Part shown: positions 17,677-28,431 of the stretch, one piece after another
Position numbering within the stretch: position 1 is the first letter of the stretch
Layout: every line of letters begins with the position of its first letter
NCBI GenBank assembly: GCA_035250975.1
Contig: DATFEP010000091.1
Span: 1-29,783 of the forward strand
Direction of reading: 5' to 3'
Origin: Nitrososphaeraceae archaeon
Lineage (GTDB): Archaea > Thermoproteota > Nitrososphaeria > Nitrososphaerales > Nitrososphaeraceae
Length of the DNA stretch: 29,783 nt
The notes under the pieces: generated by a model
Databases searched by the model: none
What the model was told of the DNA's origin: nothing
Seen by the model: only the letters and a program-made list of their open reading frames with translations
Made by a program: the position numbers and the translations under genes

Positions 17677-18921
17677 ATGTATAATCCATCATCAAAAATT
17701 AATGAAGAGATAGATCCTAATGATTTAAAAAAGAAAATGGATAATAATGACGATATTTTTCTTTTAGATGTCAGAACACCTGCAGAATATGAATCTTGGA
17801 GAATATCTTATGAGAAACATGAGAATCCGAAATTAATCCCTGTTGATCATTTATTTGGAAATACATCTAACTGGTTAAAAGAAATTCCAAAAAATAAAGA
17901 AATTGTAACAATTTGTGCTCATGGAAACAGGTCTCTAATAGCTGCAAAATTGTTAAATCAACTAGGCTACAATGTAAAAAGTGTTAGGGGTGGAATGGCA
18001 GGCTGGAATAAAGTCTCTGACATTGCAGAGGTTCCTGTTCCTAAAAATACTCCATTTCAGATATGGCAAATAAGAAGAATATCGAAAGGATGTATGGGCT
18101 ATATTATTTCTTCCAAAGAAGATAAAACAGCAACAATTATAGATCCAAGTCGTGAAATTGGAGAGTCTTTTCTGAGGATTGCAAAGGAAAATAAATTAAA
18201 AATAACCAAAATAATCGACACTCACCAACATGCAGATCATGTTTCGGGAGTTGCTAGATTGGTCAAAGATAAAAAAAAGGATATCAACTCCGAAGATTGT
18301 TTTGCATATTTTAGTTCATATGAAGATTATGATTTCAGCAAATCTAATATTGATAATATCAAGTACATCCAAGATGGAGATGTTATATTGATAGGCCAAA
18401 ATGTTGTATTAAAAGCAATTCATACGCCAGGACACACAAACGGTAGCATGTCTTTTATTCTAGAACATAATTATACTGATAGTAACAATATCAATATTGA
18501 TAACAATGATACTCGAAATAGTTATTTATTTACCGGAGATACACTTTTCGTTGATGGTATCGGAAGACCGGATTTGCGAGATCAAGCTAGTCAATTTGCA
18601 GAAATGCTATATGATTCCTACCATCAAAAAATCCTCAAATTTCCAATGAACACCGTAATTCTTCCTGCACATTTTAATGGAACTTCAATCACTTTAAAAC
18701 ATGCAATTCCTATATCAGATACTATTGGTTCAATAATTAACAAGGTAAAACTTCTATCTATGCCCAAGAATGAATTTATTAAATTTGTAACTGATACATT
18801 ACCGCCACGACCTATGAATTATAAGACTATAATTTCAATTAACAAAAAAATGCCTACACATGACGAAATGGAAATGCCAGACTTGGAAGCAGGTCCTAAT
18901 TCTTGCGCTATATCATCATAA
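17677..18921 (+). CDS. Rhodanese + metallo-beta-lactamase-fold fusion (persulfide dioxygenase-like)
   Basis: LLDVRTPAEY, active-site loop CAHGNRS, GGMAGW; then THQHADH, HTPGHT, FTGDTLF, GRPD, LPAH; C-terminal NSC. Confidence 0.9.
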   Translation: MYNPSSKINEEIDPNDLKKKMDNNDDIFLLDVRTPAEYESWRISYEKHENPKLIPVDHLFGNTSNWLKEIPKNKEIVTICAHGNRSLIAAKLLNQLGYNVKSVRGGMAGWNKVSDIAEVPVPKNTPFQIWQIRRISKGCMGYIISSKEDKTATIIDPSREIGESFLRIAKENKLKITKIIDTHQHADHVSGVARLVKDKKKDINSEDCFAYFSSYEDYDFSKSNIDNIKYIQDGDVILIGQNVVLKAIHTPGHTNGSMSFILEHNYTDSNNINIDNNDTRNSYLFTGDTLFVDGIGRPDLRDQASQFAEMLYDSYHQKILKFPMNTVILPAHFNGTSITLKHAIPISDTIGSIINKVKLLSMPKNEFIKFVTDTLPPRPMNYKTIISINKKMPTHDEMEMPDLEAGPNSCAISS

Positions 18922-19198
18922 AATCCATTTAATTTCTTTTTAGTTTTAATTTTAATTTCAATTTTTTGTTTGAAATAAAAATTCGTATAATGTAAATTCA
19001 ATTCCGATTAACATTTTTATTGGAAATTAGACTTCTTTATTTTATTATGTTTCTATGATAAAATCTTTATAAAAAATATTATCTTTCTTTAAAAAACTTA
19101 ATAGATGATTACTATTTATAATTGATAGAATTATTTAACCTCTCGAGATTTTATAATATGATCATATTATATAGTTGTATGACGTATATATGATATGA

Positions 19199-19528
19199 AT
19201 GGCTTTTGAAAAGACTAGTAATAAATTTCCTATGAAAGAATATCATATACAACATATGGAAAAAACTATTCTGAGATTTGTTATGGGGTTGCCAGAAAAT
19301 CCATCAAAACTGCAAAAGAGAAATCATGAGAAATACTTTGGACGACTTACTTATGTATGTAAAGAAATTGAATATGATATACTACATGGAGTTAAAATTG
19401 AGGAAGTACTTTCTACTCTTAATAATATGAGAAATTATCCCTCTATTTTACAAGTTAAGGATAATGAAGATCTAATAAGACGATTGAACGAGATAGAAGA
19501 ACGTTTTATTAAAAACAGATCCACGTAA
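19199..19528 (+). CDS. Hypothetical protein
   Basis: 109-aa ATG ORF with an upstream TATA-like motif and a globular-looking sequence. Confidence 0.65.
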   Translation: MAFEKTSNKFPMKEYHIQHMEKTILRFVMGLPENPSKLQKRNHEKYFGRLTYVCKEIEYDILHGVKIEEVLSTLNNMRNYPSILQVKDNEDLIRRLNEIEERFIKNRST

Positions 19529-19820
19529 TATTCAAAATTTACTGTCTTATCTTCATGTTTATGTATTACGCATTAAAAAAAGTTTGATTGAAATAGTAAT
19601 AATATATTCTAAAGATAGAATTGAACCTTTGATAATTATTATTGCCTGAATCAACAAGAAAAAGAATATGAAGTGGGATTTGTCAATCGTTCATTGCATT
19701 GAACGAGATATCGCAAATATAATTTCATATTTAGAAGCCCGAATTTATCTTACTTTAATAAGACTTTTATAAACTACAACACATAAATTCGGACTTCCCT
19801 AATTGTTTAAAATCTGTAGA

Positions 19821-20399
19821 TTACTTCCATTCCCACATAATAAACGTACCTAGATCATCATTTTTGTTTAACTCTGTCTTGTAAATACCTACCATATTAC
19901 TAAGAAGAGAAAGACTTCCTGTTGCATTTGAACTAAAGAATACAGCTCCTTTACTTTTTTGTAACTCTTCTTCAGAATGTCCTACTGCTTGAAAAAAGTA
20001 TGATGCATATCCACCATCTTCTGTTTCTGTTGAAATAAAAGCTCTTCCAATAATTGATTGTATCATTTGTGATTGAGGAATCGAAACTCCCTCTCCAAAA
20101 AGATTAACATTTATTCCATTAACAGTTCCATTACCTGAAAAAACGAATTGCGTTGCATTCTCTCCATTCATAACAATCGGTGTTTTATATAAAATCGAAT
20201 ATTTTTCCACAAATATTGGTTCGCCTATTTGAACAGAATTATTTTTTGATGACTCTATGATATTGTCATTAGACTCTCTATTGTCGGTCTGTGATAGAGA
20301 TACATTCGTTGAAAATATCAACGATATAATCATAATTGTTAATATTAACATAATACCATTTCGAGTACCTGATATATCTTTAGAATTTTGAAATCTCAT
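19821..20399 (-). CDS. Secreted beta-rich hypothetical protein
   Basis: N-terminal hydrophobic helix; FSGNGTVNG, GAVFF..NATGSLS.LSNMVGIYK, ends WEWK; resembles exported families common in Nitrososphaeraceae. Confidence 0.75.
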   Translation of the reverse strand: MRFQNSKDISGTRNGIMLILTIMIISLIFSTNVSLSQTDNRESNDNIIESSKNNSVQIGEPIFVEKYSILYKTPIVMNGENATQFVFSGNGTVNGINVNLFGEGVSIPQSQMIQSIIGRAFISTETEDGGYASYFFQAVGHSEEELQKSKGAVFFSSNATGSLSLLSNMVGIYKTELNKNDDLGTFIMWEWK

Positions 20400-20617
20400 T
20401 AATTTATTTTGTTTTAGAATCTATTTATGTTTGTATGGATGATGTTAATTTTTTTTATTGAAATAATTTAATTTTTATTTTATTTTGATAAACGATATAT
20501 TTTTCAATTTATAAAATATATAATGAATCTCAAATTTGTTTTTAGATACTAAATCATTTGCTTTTAAGCGCAATAAGGCATCTTGAATTCATCTTAATGT
20601 AATGAATAGCATAATAA

Positions 20618-21193
20618 TCATTTTCTATACTTTTTTACAACATTTCTTATTCTTTCGCGTTCCTCATGGCTAGGTTTTACCAAGGGTTGTAATGACCAAT
20701 ATTTTCCATCATGATAAATCAACGATTGTTTTTCTGGATTCTGTACCGCATATACTACTTCACCAATAAACATTATATGATCTCCAAATTTTATTTCTCG
20801 TAAAAGCTTACATTCAACATTCAATGAAGCTCTATCTAACATTAAAGATTTGATTTTTTTTGCTTGGTAGAATTCAAATCCCAATTCTTTTAAAGCTTCA
20901 ATCTTATTGTAATTAATTCCACTAAATCCACCTGCCACACTAGCTATCACGGATTGATCTAGTGCACATAGGTTCACACCAAACTCTTTAGATTTCTTAA
21001 TATTTTTAACTGTGGCTTTCGTGGGACCTAAAGAGATTGCTATTAAACCAGGATCATACGAAATATGATGTGTCCATTCACATGCCATTATATTATTACC
21101 ATAATGACCATTTGATGTTATCAAGCCAATAGTCGTTGCAAATTTGTTTGAACATGGATCGTTCCATGGCAATTCCATATAATGCAATCTCAA
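20618..21193 (-). CDS. Flavin reductase-like (FMN-binding split barrel) protein
   Basis: GLITS..G.NIMACEW, NIKKSKEFGVN, VECKL, GDHIMFIGEV. Start may be the internal Met. Confidence 0.9.
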   Translation of the reverse strand: MRLHYMELPWNDPCSNKFATTIGLITSNGHYGNNIMACEWTHHISYDPGLIAISLGPTKATVKNIKKSKEFGVNLCALDQSVIASVAGGFSGINYNKIEALKELGFEFYQAKKIKSLMLDRASLNVECKLLREIKFGDHIMFIGEVVYAVQNPEKQSLIYHDGKYWSLQPLVKPSHEERERIRNVVKKYRK

Positions 21194-21948
21194 AATAAAA
21201 GATTTTAATCTTTCTTGGTTTTACCTTATAAGATATTAATTCTGGTCCTATTGATTACAAACATTTCATACTGATGAGGTCTGATAACCGGATAGTTGTT
21301 GAGATAATTTGTATCATAAATTTAGTAATTTAATATATTACAAAAACACCATCTATTTGCTCATCATCTTGAAGTCATATGTTTTTGTTAGATTCATTTG
21401 AATGAAGTTCATAAACGCAGTCCTTAAAATATTTATAAAATACCATATATTGTCAAGACCATTTTGTCGTCAGACAGTCACCTTTAAGATAGTTAGTTAT
21501 TTTGGGATTGGATATAAACTCTATTCAATGACCCACGGTGCTAATCTAAAATCTTTATCACAAGATAATGTCGAATATTTACATGCAAAAAAAATTATAT
21601 TAACACTAAATCGTGTTTTCTGGGGGAACAAGTCATTGTTGATAAATAAAATGAAAGTCATTTATCTTAATTTGATATATTTTTCAATCTTCCTCAAGGT
21701 GGTTTTATTATTGTTAATTCAATTCAGATCCTTTATTATTTTTTCAATCTCGTAAATCAGTTACTGTTAACAGGTATTTTTTTCTTCAGCTAATTCGATG
21801 ATGTAATAACTTTAAATTAAATGAAAAACTAGAATATGCGTATTTTATCTATTTAATAAATAATAATTATACATAGAACTTTTATTAATGCTCGAACATA
21901 TACAATTAGATATGAATAATATTAGAAAATTTGGGAGAGTAAAAATAT

Positions 21949-22371
21949 ATGCTTTTTGATATATTCATAATTGTTAGAGTTTTCAGTATACTTTACACAT
22001 GGTTAGATCACAATATAGTAGATAGTATTTTGAACTTTAGTAGGATATTTGGGAATATGTTAGTTTTGATGGGTGTGGTTATATTTTTTCTTATAGTTGT
22101 ATACATTACAATAAAAAATCTCAAGAAGTTACCCAAGTTTTATGTGATAAAAATTATAGATATCGATGGGAACGATATAATTCTGGAAGGAGTAAGAACA
22201 CAATTTCTAACTTACGATGCTGCTAGACATTATTCAGAATTTTACCAAGATATTTATAAGAAACAATACAAGTTCCATGTAGTCGGTAGCAATAAAAGAT
22301 ATGATTTAGGATTTATTAATGTTGCATCATTATCTCGTGGAGTTTTTAAGCACAATAGAGATAATTCATAA
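21949..22371 (+). CDS. Hypothetical membrane protein
   Basis: Two hydrophobic segments followed by a small soluble domain. Confidence 0.6.
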   Translation: MLFDIFIIVRVFSILYTWLDHNIVDSILNFSRIFGNMLVLMGVVIFFLIVVYITIKNLKKLPKFYVIKIIDIDGNDIILEGVRTQFLTYDAARHYSEFYQDIYKKQYKFHVVGSNKRYDLGFINVASLSRGVFKHNRDNS

Positions 22372-22858
22372 TAAAGACTATAAAATAAAGGAAATATGGA
22401 AAAGGATTCAAAACGGTAACTTAGGATATAAATATCATAAATCGATGACTATTTTAAGAAAAATTTAGTAATACATTTAAAAAAACTTTCAAAAATCAGT
22501 AGGGTTACACTAGTTTATGCTAAAAGTTAACAGTCCCCAAATTAGATTCAAAGTATATACTACAAACTATTATTATTATAGTCCTGAAAAGAATCTGTCG
22601 GATAAATTTTGGGATTTCATTTAATAATTTCCTCTAAATTAGAAAATTTCTTCCGATAATAAAAAGAAATTCATATATAAAATTAAGAAATTAATATACA
22701 TTTGAGTACAACCGCTAATAAACAAGCTTTATCATATTTACAATAATCTACCCAAACAAGAATACATTGAAGTTTACACCCAGAAGAATGGATCCAACTT
22801 AGGACAGAAATTGAAAAAATTTTTAGAAAAGTTTAACTTTAAGAAATTGATATTAAAT

Positions 22859-23707
22859 ATGATGAAAATAAATTTATTATGTCAAGTTTTATTTTCGATT
22901 TTAGGAATTTTCATTTCTATTGGATTAATTAATTTAAATATACTGTATGGTCAAATTGATAAACCCATATCAGATCAAAATTCCAACGAATTGCCATACA
23001 AAATATTATTACAAAATAAGACAACAAATTACTATAATGATGCTATAGGCTATTTAGTATATCCGTCAGTTTTAAATGCAACAGACAATGGACATAAATT
23101 CCCGGCTGTAATAATGATTCATGAATGGTGGGGATTAAATGATAATATTAAAAAAACAGCAAATAAGCTATCTGAAGAAGGATATGTAGTGCTTGCAGTA
23201 GATCTTTATAATGGAAAGGTAACAAATGATCAAGATCGTGCGAGAGATTTATCCGGTATCGTGAGAGCTAATCCAGAAGAAGCAATCACTAATCTTAAAG
23301 CAGCAGTGGGGTTTCTTAGCTCACTCGAAAACGTGGACAAATCAAGAATTGCATCTCTCGGTTGGTGTTTTGGAGGAGGTCAGTCCTTACAATTAGCATT
23401 AAACAGTCAACAACATCCATTAAATGCAACAATTATTTATTATGGTAATTTGATAACTGATAAACAATCACTATCAAAGATCCATTGGCCAGTCTTGGGA
23501 ATATTCGGTGATAAGGATACTTCTATCCCTGTTGAACAGGTAAATCAATTCAAAAATGCGTTAGATGCTAACGAAATTGTAAACGAAATTTATATCTACA
23601 AAGATGTTGGACATGCTTTTGCAAATCCGTCTAATGAAAATTATGCACCCAAGGAAACAGCAGATGCCTGGCAAAAAACACTAAATTTCTTGAACAAATA
23701 TCTATAG
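22859..23707 (+). CDS. Dienelactone hydrolase-family alpha/beta hydrolase with N-terminal anchor or signal
   Basis: VIMIHEWWG, GWCFGG (Cys nucleophile), GDKD, GHAFAN. ATG 22859 preferred over TTG 22811. Confidence 0.92.
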   Translation: MMKINLLCQVLFSILGIFISIGLINLNILYGQIDKPISDQNSNELPYKILLQNKTTNYYNDAIGYLVYPSVLNATDNGHKFPAVIMIHEWWGLNDNIKKTANKLSEEGYVVLAVDLYNGKVTNDQDRARDLSGIVRANPEEAITNLKAAVGFLSSLENVDKSRIASLGWCFGGGQSLQLALNSQQHPLNATIIYYGNLITDKQSLSKIHWPVLGIFGDKDTSIPVEQVNQFKNALDANEIVNEIYIYKDVGHAFANPSNENYAPKETADAWQKTLNFLNKYL

Positions 23708-24024
23708 AGTTAATTTTTTTGAATTATGACTCTATAAAAGGACCATAATAATATAATAAATAGGATCGTAGATAATATTGTGAATTTTTTCTGAATAGTA
23801 TTCACAAAACTGAATTAATTAATATAAATTATTATTATAATTATAGTTTACACATAGCAATACATTCTAATTTCTCAATGAAATTTATCAAGTGTAAATG
23901 TGATATATTGACGATTAAAAATTCAATTACAAATTCTTTCGGATAAAAAATATAGATATTTGTATGAATTTAACATGACTATTACAGTAATAATTGTTAA
24001 ATCATATGTTGACTATTATATCAC

Positions 24025-24207
24025 ATGTCATCGAATTTAGAAAAAGTATATCAATGTGAGGCCTGTGACATGAATTTTAGTACAGAAGAAGAACAAAATA
24101 AACATAGAAATGAGAAACATTCTAATGACAACATGTCATCCAATTTAGAAAAAGCATATCAATGTGAGGCCTGTGACGTGGACCTTAGCACAGATGAATA
24201 TAAATGA
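24025..24207 (+). CDS. Small C2H2 zinc-finger protein with internal tandem duplication
   Basis: YQCEACDMNFSTEEEQNKHRNEKH, then a second MSSNLEKAYQCEACD copy (108-nt period) truncated before the His ligands. Confidence 0.7.
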   Translation: MSSNLEKVYQCEACDMNFSTEEEQNKHRNEKHSNDNMSSNLEKAYQCEACDVDLSTDEYK

Positions 24208-24389
24208 AACAAAGAATAAAATATTAATTGTTAAACCAAATTTCTATTTTTCTTTTAGATTTAATATCTGATAATTTGAATAATCAAAATAGAAATATCA
24301 GGATTAAAATATTTGGGAAATTAATATTGACAAGGAATTCGAGTTAACTATTAAGGCAGTAGAAAAACAATGGTAAATTAGTAATAAAA

Positions 24390-24566
24390 TTATTTGCTAT
24401 CTTTTTTTTTCTGTTGAGCTATAACATCTTTATATTTCATGATTTCTTTTTTTATTCTATCTGATATCTCCTCATCTTCTTCCTCTTCCGAATTTTCAGA
24501 TTTTCCAACTATGTTCGATTCATCATAATTATATTCATTTTCCCCTTTGTTATCAATCGAGGACAT
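24390..24566 (-). CDS. Small acidic hypothetical protein (58 aa)
   Basis: Manual translation MSSIDNKGENEYNYDESNIVGKSENSEEEEDEEISDRIKKEIMKYKDVIAQQKKKDSK. Confidence 0.45.
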   Translation of the reverse strand: MSSIDNKGENEYNYDESNIVGKSENSEEEEDEEISDRIKKEIMKYKDVIAQQKKKDSK

Positions 24567-24956
24567 TTGTTAATATATATTTTAATATACTTTTATTTTT
24601 TTTTGTTGATTCTTATATAAATATTCTGAGGAACTATAATAAATAATCTAATGATAAAAGGCAAAGGATTCTTAAATCTTTATTTATTGTTACCGAATAG
24701 TAAAATGAAATTATTGTTCGTACACAATTTGTATTAAAAGGAAATACAAATACAAATAAACTATTAATAGAAATAGTTATAGTTCACTTGATATTGTAGA
24801 TCATGCTACAGACTGTAGTTTAATCTGTTGATATATGCATAATGAGTTGATTATTGAAAGAATTATTAAATTAACAACCTACAAAAATGAAATATCTAAC
24901 AAGCAATTTCACAAAAAAGGTAAGAATAATCTAGGGGATTGATATTATTATTTCAA

Positions 24957-26159
24957 TTGACATCGGTATGGCAAGAATTGGATGAATGGGGGCCTGAAAA
25001 GGTTCTGCAGGTTTATGATCCTGATACTAATATGAAGGGCGTTTTAGTTATTGATAATACCTCAACAGGTCCAGGAAAAGGAGGTATACGTTTTGCTCAA
25101 AGTGTTACACCATTAGAAATTTTTAGGCTTGCCAGGACCATGACATGGAAATGTGCTGCAGCTGGACTTCCTTTTGGTGGTGCAAAAGGTGGTATCATTG
25201 CTGACCCAAATTCTGTAGATAGGGTATCCTGGATGAAATCGTTTGCAAAAATGATTAAACCTTATTGTCCTTCTCAATATATAGCTGCAACAGATGTGGG
25301 TACAACAGAACTTGATATGGCCGTTTTTGCCCACGAAATAGGTGATATGCGGGCATGTACTGGAAAACCATCTGAGCTTGGTGGTATTCCGCATGAGCTT
25401 GGAACTACTGGATATGGAGTAAGTATAGCAGTAAAAACATCCCTTGAAATGCTAGAGGAATTAAAAATTACACAAATACCAAAAAAGAAACAGATTAAGG
25501 TTTGCATTCAAGGGTTTGGAAATGTAGGATCCTTTACTGCCAAATTTCTTGATCAAATGGGCATTAGGGTAGTAGGAATAAGCGATGTTTCGGGATTTAT
25601 TTACAGCAAAGATGACAATGGGTTGAATATTCCCAAACTAATGAAGGATATGAAGGGAAAAGCAAAGCTTTCAGATCTAAAAGATCATGATTATATTCTA
25701 AGGGATAGTAATGAATTATTTGAAATTGATCTAGATATTTTTATTCCTGCAGCTATGGGGGGTGTCATAAATAACAAAACGGCATCAAAATTACTTGAAA
25801 ATGGTGTTAAAATGGTTGTTGAAGCAGCAAATATTCCTACTACATCTGATGCATGTGAATATTTACATAAGAATGGAGTTTGGATTATACCCGATTTCCT
25901 AGCCAATGCAGGTGGTGTTATCGGATCCTTTGTAGAATATCAAGGAAGAACAGAAAAGGAAGCATTTGATCTTATTGAATACAAAATAACCAAAAATGTA
26001 AAAGAAGTACTCACAGAGGCAATTATGAAAAAAGAGAATCCAAGGAAAGTAGCTACAGAAATATCAAAACAAATAGTATACAGAGCCATGCTGTTGAGAA
26101 AAGGTGCAATAAGTGTAGCACGTGAAGCTTATGATAGAAAGGACAGGATATCAATATAA
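24957..26159 (+). CDS. gdhA: Glu/Leu/Phe/Val dehydrogenase (glutamate dehydrogenase-like)
   Basis: GPGKGGIRF, MTWK, PFGGAKGGI, QGFGNVG, EAAN, PDFLANAGGV. Start TTG 24957 or 24939. Confidence 0.88.
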   Translation: MTSVWQELDEWGPEKVLQVYDPDTNMKGVLVIDNTSTGPGKGGIRFAQSVTPLEIFRLARTMTWKCAAAGLPFGGAKGGIIADPNSVDRVSWMKSFAKMIKPYCPSQYIAATDVGTTELDMAVFAHEIGDMRACTGKPSELGGIPHELGTTGYGVSIAVKTSLEMLEELKITQIPKKKQIKVCIQGFGNVGSFTAKFLDQMGIRVVGISDVSGFIYSKDDNGLNIPKLMKDMKGKAKLSDLKDHDYILRDSNELFEIDLDIFIPAAMGGVINNKTASKLLENGVKMVVEAANIPTTSDACEYLHKNGVWIIPDFLANAGGVIGSFVEYQGRTEKEAFDLIEYKITKNVKEVLTEAIMKKENPRKVATEISKQIVYRAMLLRKGAISVAREAYDRKDRISI

Positions 26160-26219
26160 CGATTGCTTGTTGTATACTAGCTACTAAATTTCGTATATTC
26201 TATAATGATGGAAATATCA

Positions 26220-26681
26220 ATTTTCTCCTGTTTTTCTTCCATACCAATCCCTCGATGTTTTTCTTGAGTAATAATCCTGACAATCAACAAGGTAATTTTT
26301 TTGAGCAGAATTCTCAAGTTAAAATGGACCTAAAATAACCATCTGTACCATTCGGTTTGGTTTTTTTATTATAAATCTTTTCCATTTCCCATTTCTGATC
26401 TTGCATTCCAGCATGTTCAATGCATGTTTTCCAGTACTTTGTATATAGTTATTGTACTAAATAATATGATAGCAACCAAATCTTTTTGTTATATGTAGAT
26501 TCAGTATTTCTGTTCTATCTCTTTTGTTACTTTCTGACATATGATGTTGTGTGGTCTTCTATCAGTAGACTGTCTATTCCATACTTTAGGTATCTGTTAT
26601 TCCACTTGTAGTGTGACTTTAGATCTGTTATGTAGTGTAAATGTCGGCTACAGTATCTCTAGTTCACTCTTTCTTTCTCAT
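26220..26681 (-). pseudogene. Decayed IS481-family (DDE/integrase-core) transposase
   Basis: Frame-hopping translation: YKWNNRYLKYGIDSL / DRRPHNI..KVTKEIEQ / ILNLHITKRFGCYHI / STITIYKVL / KHALNML...KWKRF..KKPNRMVQMVILGPF*LENSAQKNY...DYYSRK. Boundaries approximate. Confidence 0.72.
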
Positions 26682-27076
26682 GAGTTAAATTAAATAAAAT
26701 TCTATTTGTAATTCTATTTTTCATAGATTTCCTAGCAGAGTAGGAAGTCTTACCTATACCGGTAAATGAAATTGTAATGTATCTTCGAAAGTATAACATT
26801 TAAGAAACTTTAGCATTTACGCCATTGGGTCTACTGAATTAACCAAAAAATTGATTTGTTATTTCCGTAATAGTCAAGATAATTCATTATAAATGAATAA
26901 CTAGACACATTGCATTGTTTTTCTATTTATAGTAATCGAACTACAGACAACCAGTTCCAAATTAATTTGAAATGAGATAATGAAAAAGTCTAAACTCATG
27001 TCTTTTTTGATCCATTGTAATAATTTAGAATGTTTTAATAGGTATTCTTATTTATTATAATATAGTTTATTATATC

Positions 27077-28060
27077 ATGAAATATATCTTATCAACAACA
27101 TTACTTTTCTCTTTAATGTTTTGTATTTTGTTCTCGTCTCCATTTGGACTAATGGACATTATATACACAGAATCAATAAAATCTTGGAAGATTGGAAGTC
27201 CAATGCCTACACCTAGAACAGAAGTTACCGGTACTAGCATTGGAAATAATATTTATGTTATTGGTGGACTTGATTCATCAGGTAGAGTGTTAAATACTGT
27301 TGAAGTTTATAATATTGATAATAATTCTTGGAAGTCAATAGCACCATTACCACAGCCACTACATCATACTGCTGCTTCCAGTTTTAATAACAAAATATAT
27401 GTCGTTGGTGGATATTCTACAAGTATTGCCAATTGGGTCCCAAGTGACAAGTTATTTATATATGACCCACTATTAGACAAATGGATAGAAGGTAAACATA
27501 TGCCTACTGCAAGAGGCGCAATGACTGCAAATTTTGTAGATGGAATCATGTATGTCATTGGTGGTTATGGTTCTTCTAAAATACTGGATACAAATGAAGC
27601 ATACAATCCATTGACTAATGACTGGCAATTTAATAAAACGTTAATGCCTACTCCAAGACATCATGCAGCATCAACAGTAGTTGATGACAAGTTGTTTATA
27701 ATAGGTGGGAGAATAGTTGGTCTTTATCCTATGGTTAATTCCAATTTAAATGAAAGATACGATCCTAAAGAAGATAAATGGATAACTCTTGAATCAATGC
27801 CTTTCAAAAGAAGTGGAATTAGTTCTGCATCAATAAATGGCAGTATATACGTTTTTGGAGGCGAAGATGTTACTAAAACATTTAACAACAATGAAAAATA
27901 TGACGTAAAAAGTAACAAATGGATATCTTTAGAACCATTACCCACTGCTCGCCATGGATTGGCTGCTGTGTCGATTAACGATACTATATTTGTAATAGGA
28001 GGAGGACCAAAATCGGGATTGAGTGTTACTAATGTAAATGAAATTTTTAATGTTAAATAG
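27077..28060 (+). CDS. Secreted Kelch-repeat beta-propeller protein
   Basis: Signal peptide and six IYVIGG...YDP..W..MPTPR-type repeats. Confidence 0.93.
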   Translation: MKYILSTTLLFSLMFCILFSSPFGLMDIIYTESIKSWKIGSPMPTPRTEVTGTSIGNNIYVIGGLDSSGRVLNTVEVYNIDNNSWKSIAPLPQPLHHTAASSFNNKIYVVGGYSTSIANWVPSDKLFIYDPLLDKWIEGKHMPTARGAMTANFVDGIMYVIGGYGSSKILDTNEAYNPLTNDWQFNKTLMPTPRHHAASTVVDDKLFIIGGRIVGLYPMVNSNLNERYDPKEDKWITLESMPFKRSGISSASINGSIYVFGGEDVTKTFNNNEKYDVKSNKWISLEPLPTARHGLAAVSINDTIFVIGGGPKSGLSVTNVNEIFNVK

Positions 28061-28431
28061 GAATAATTTTTAAAACTGATCTTAGTTGTAGGAAGTGATG
28101 AAAACATACTTTAGCGAACTCTCCATCAATCGTTGTGAATTTTCCATGGCTATCTGAAGATAAGATTCTTTTGTTCATTATCGACAAATCATATTCTTGC
28201 AGAATGTGCATCAAGATATTATACTACATATTCTAGAGTTTTTTGAGGCCGTTGATTCAAATTGCCATTTCTCTACTAGGAACGGAATAGAACATTTTAA
28301 TAACTATTATTGGTACATGAAATATCTACAAATTGATCTATTGTTTGTATTAATAAATGACGGTATAAACAGATTCTATTTAAAATTTAGATTGTCGATG
28401 CAGCTAACTTTTTGATTTAGTGTTAACAGAA

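Noticed and set aside
21262-21320. Hammerhead-ribozyme-like CTGATGA-GGT-ctgata-ACC
   Set aside because: The required GAAA after stem II is GGAT, and convincing stems I and III could not be built.
21402-21755. 117-aa ORF
   Set aside because: F/I/K/L-rich with no recognisable motif; likely spurious, though an eroded gene cannot be excluded.
24806-24818. Short palindromes CTACAG-a-CTGTAG upstream of gdhA and ATAACCGGTTAT at 12835-12846
   Set aside because: 6-bp arms are expected by chance in 30 kb and no recurrence was noticed.
25113-28415. ORFs at 25113, 25274, 25691, 27364, 27724 and 28197
   Set aside because: Antisense to gdhA or the Kelch gene, or unsupported intergenic ORFs.
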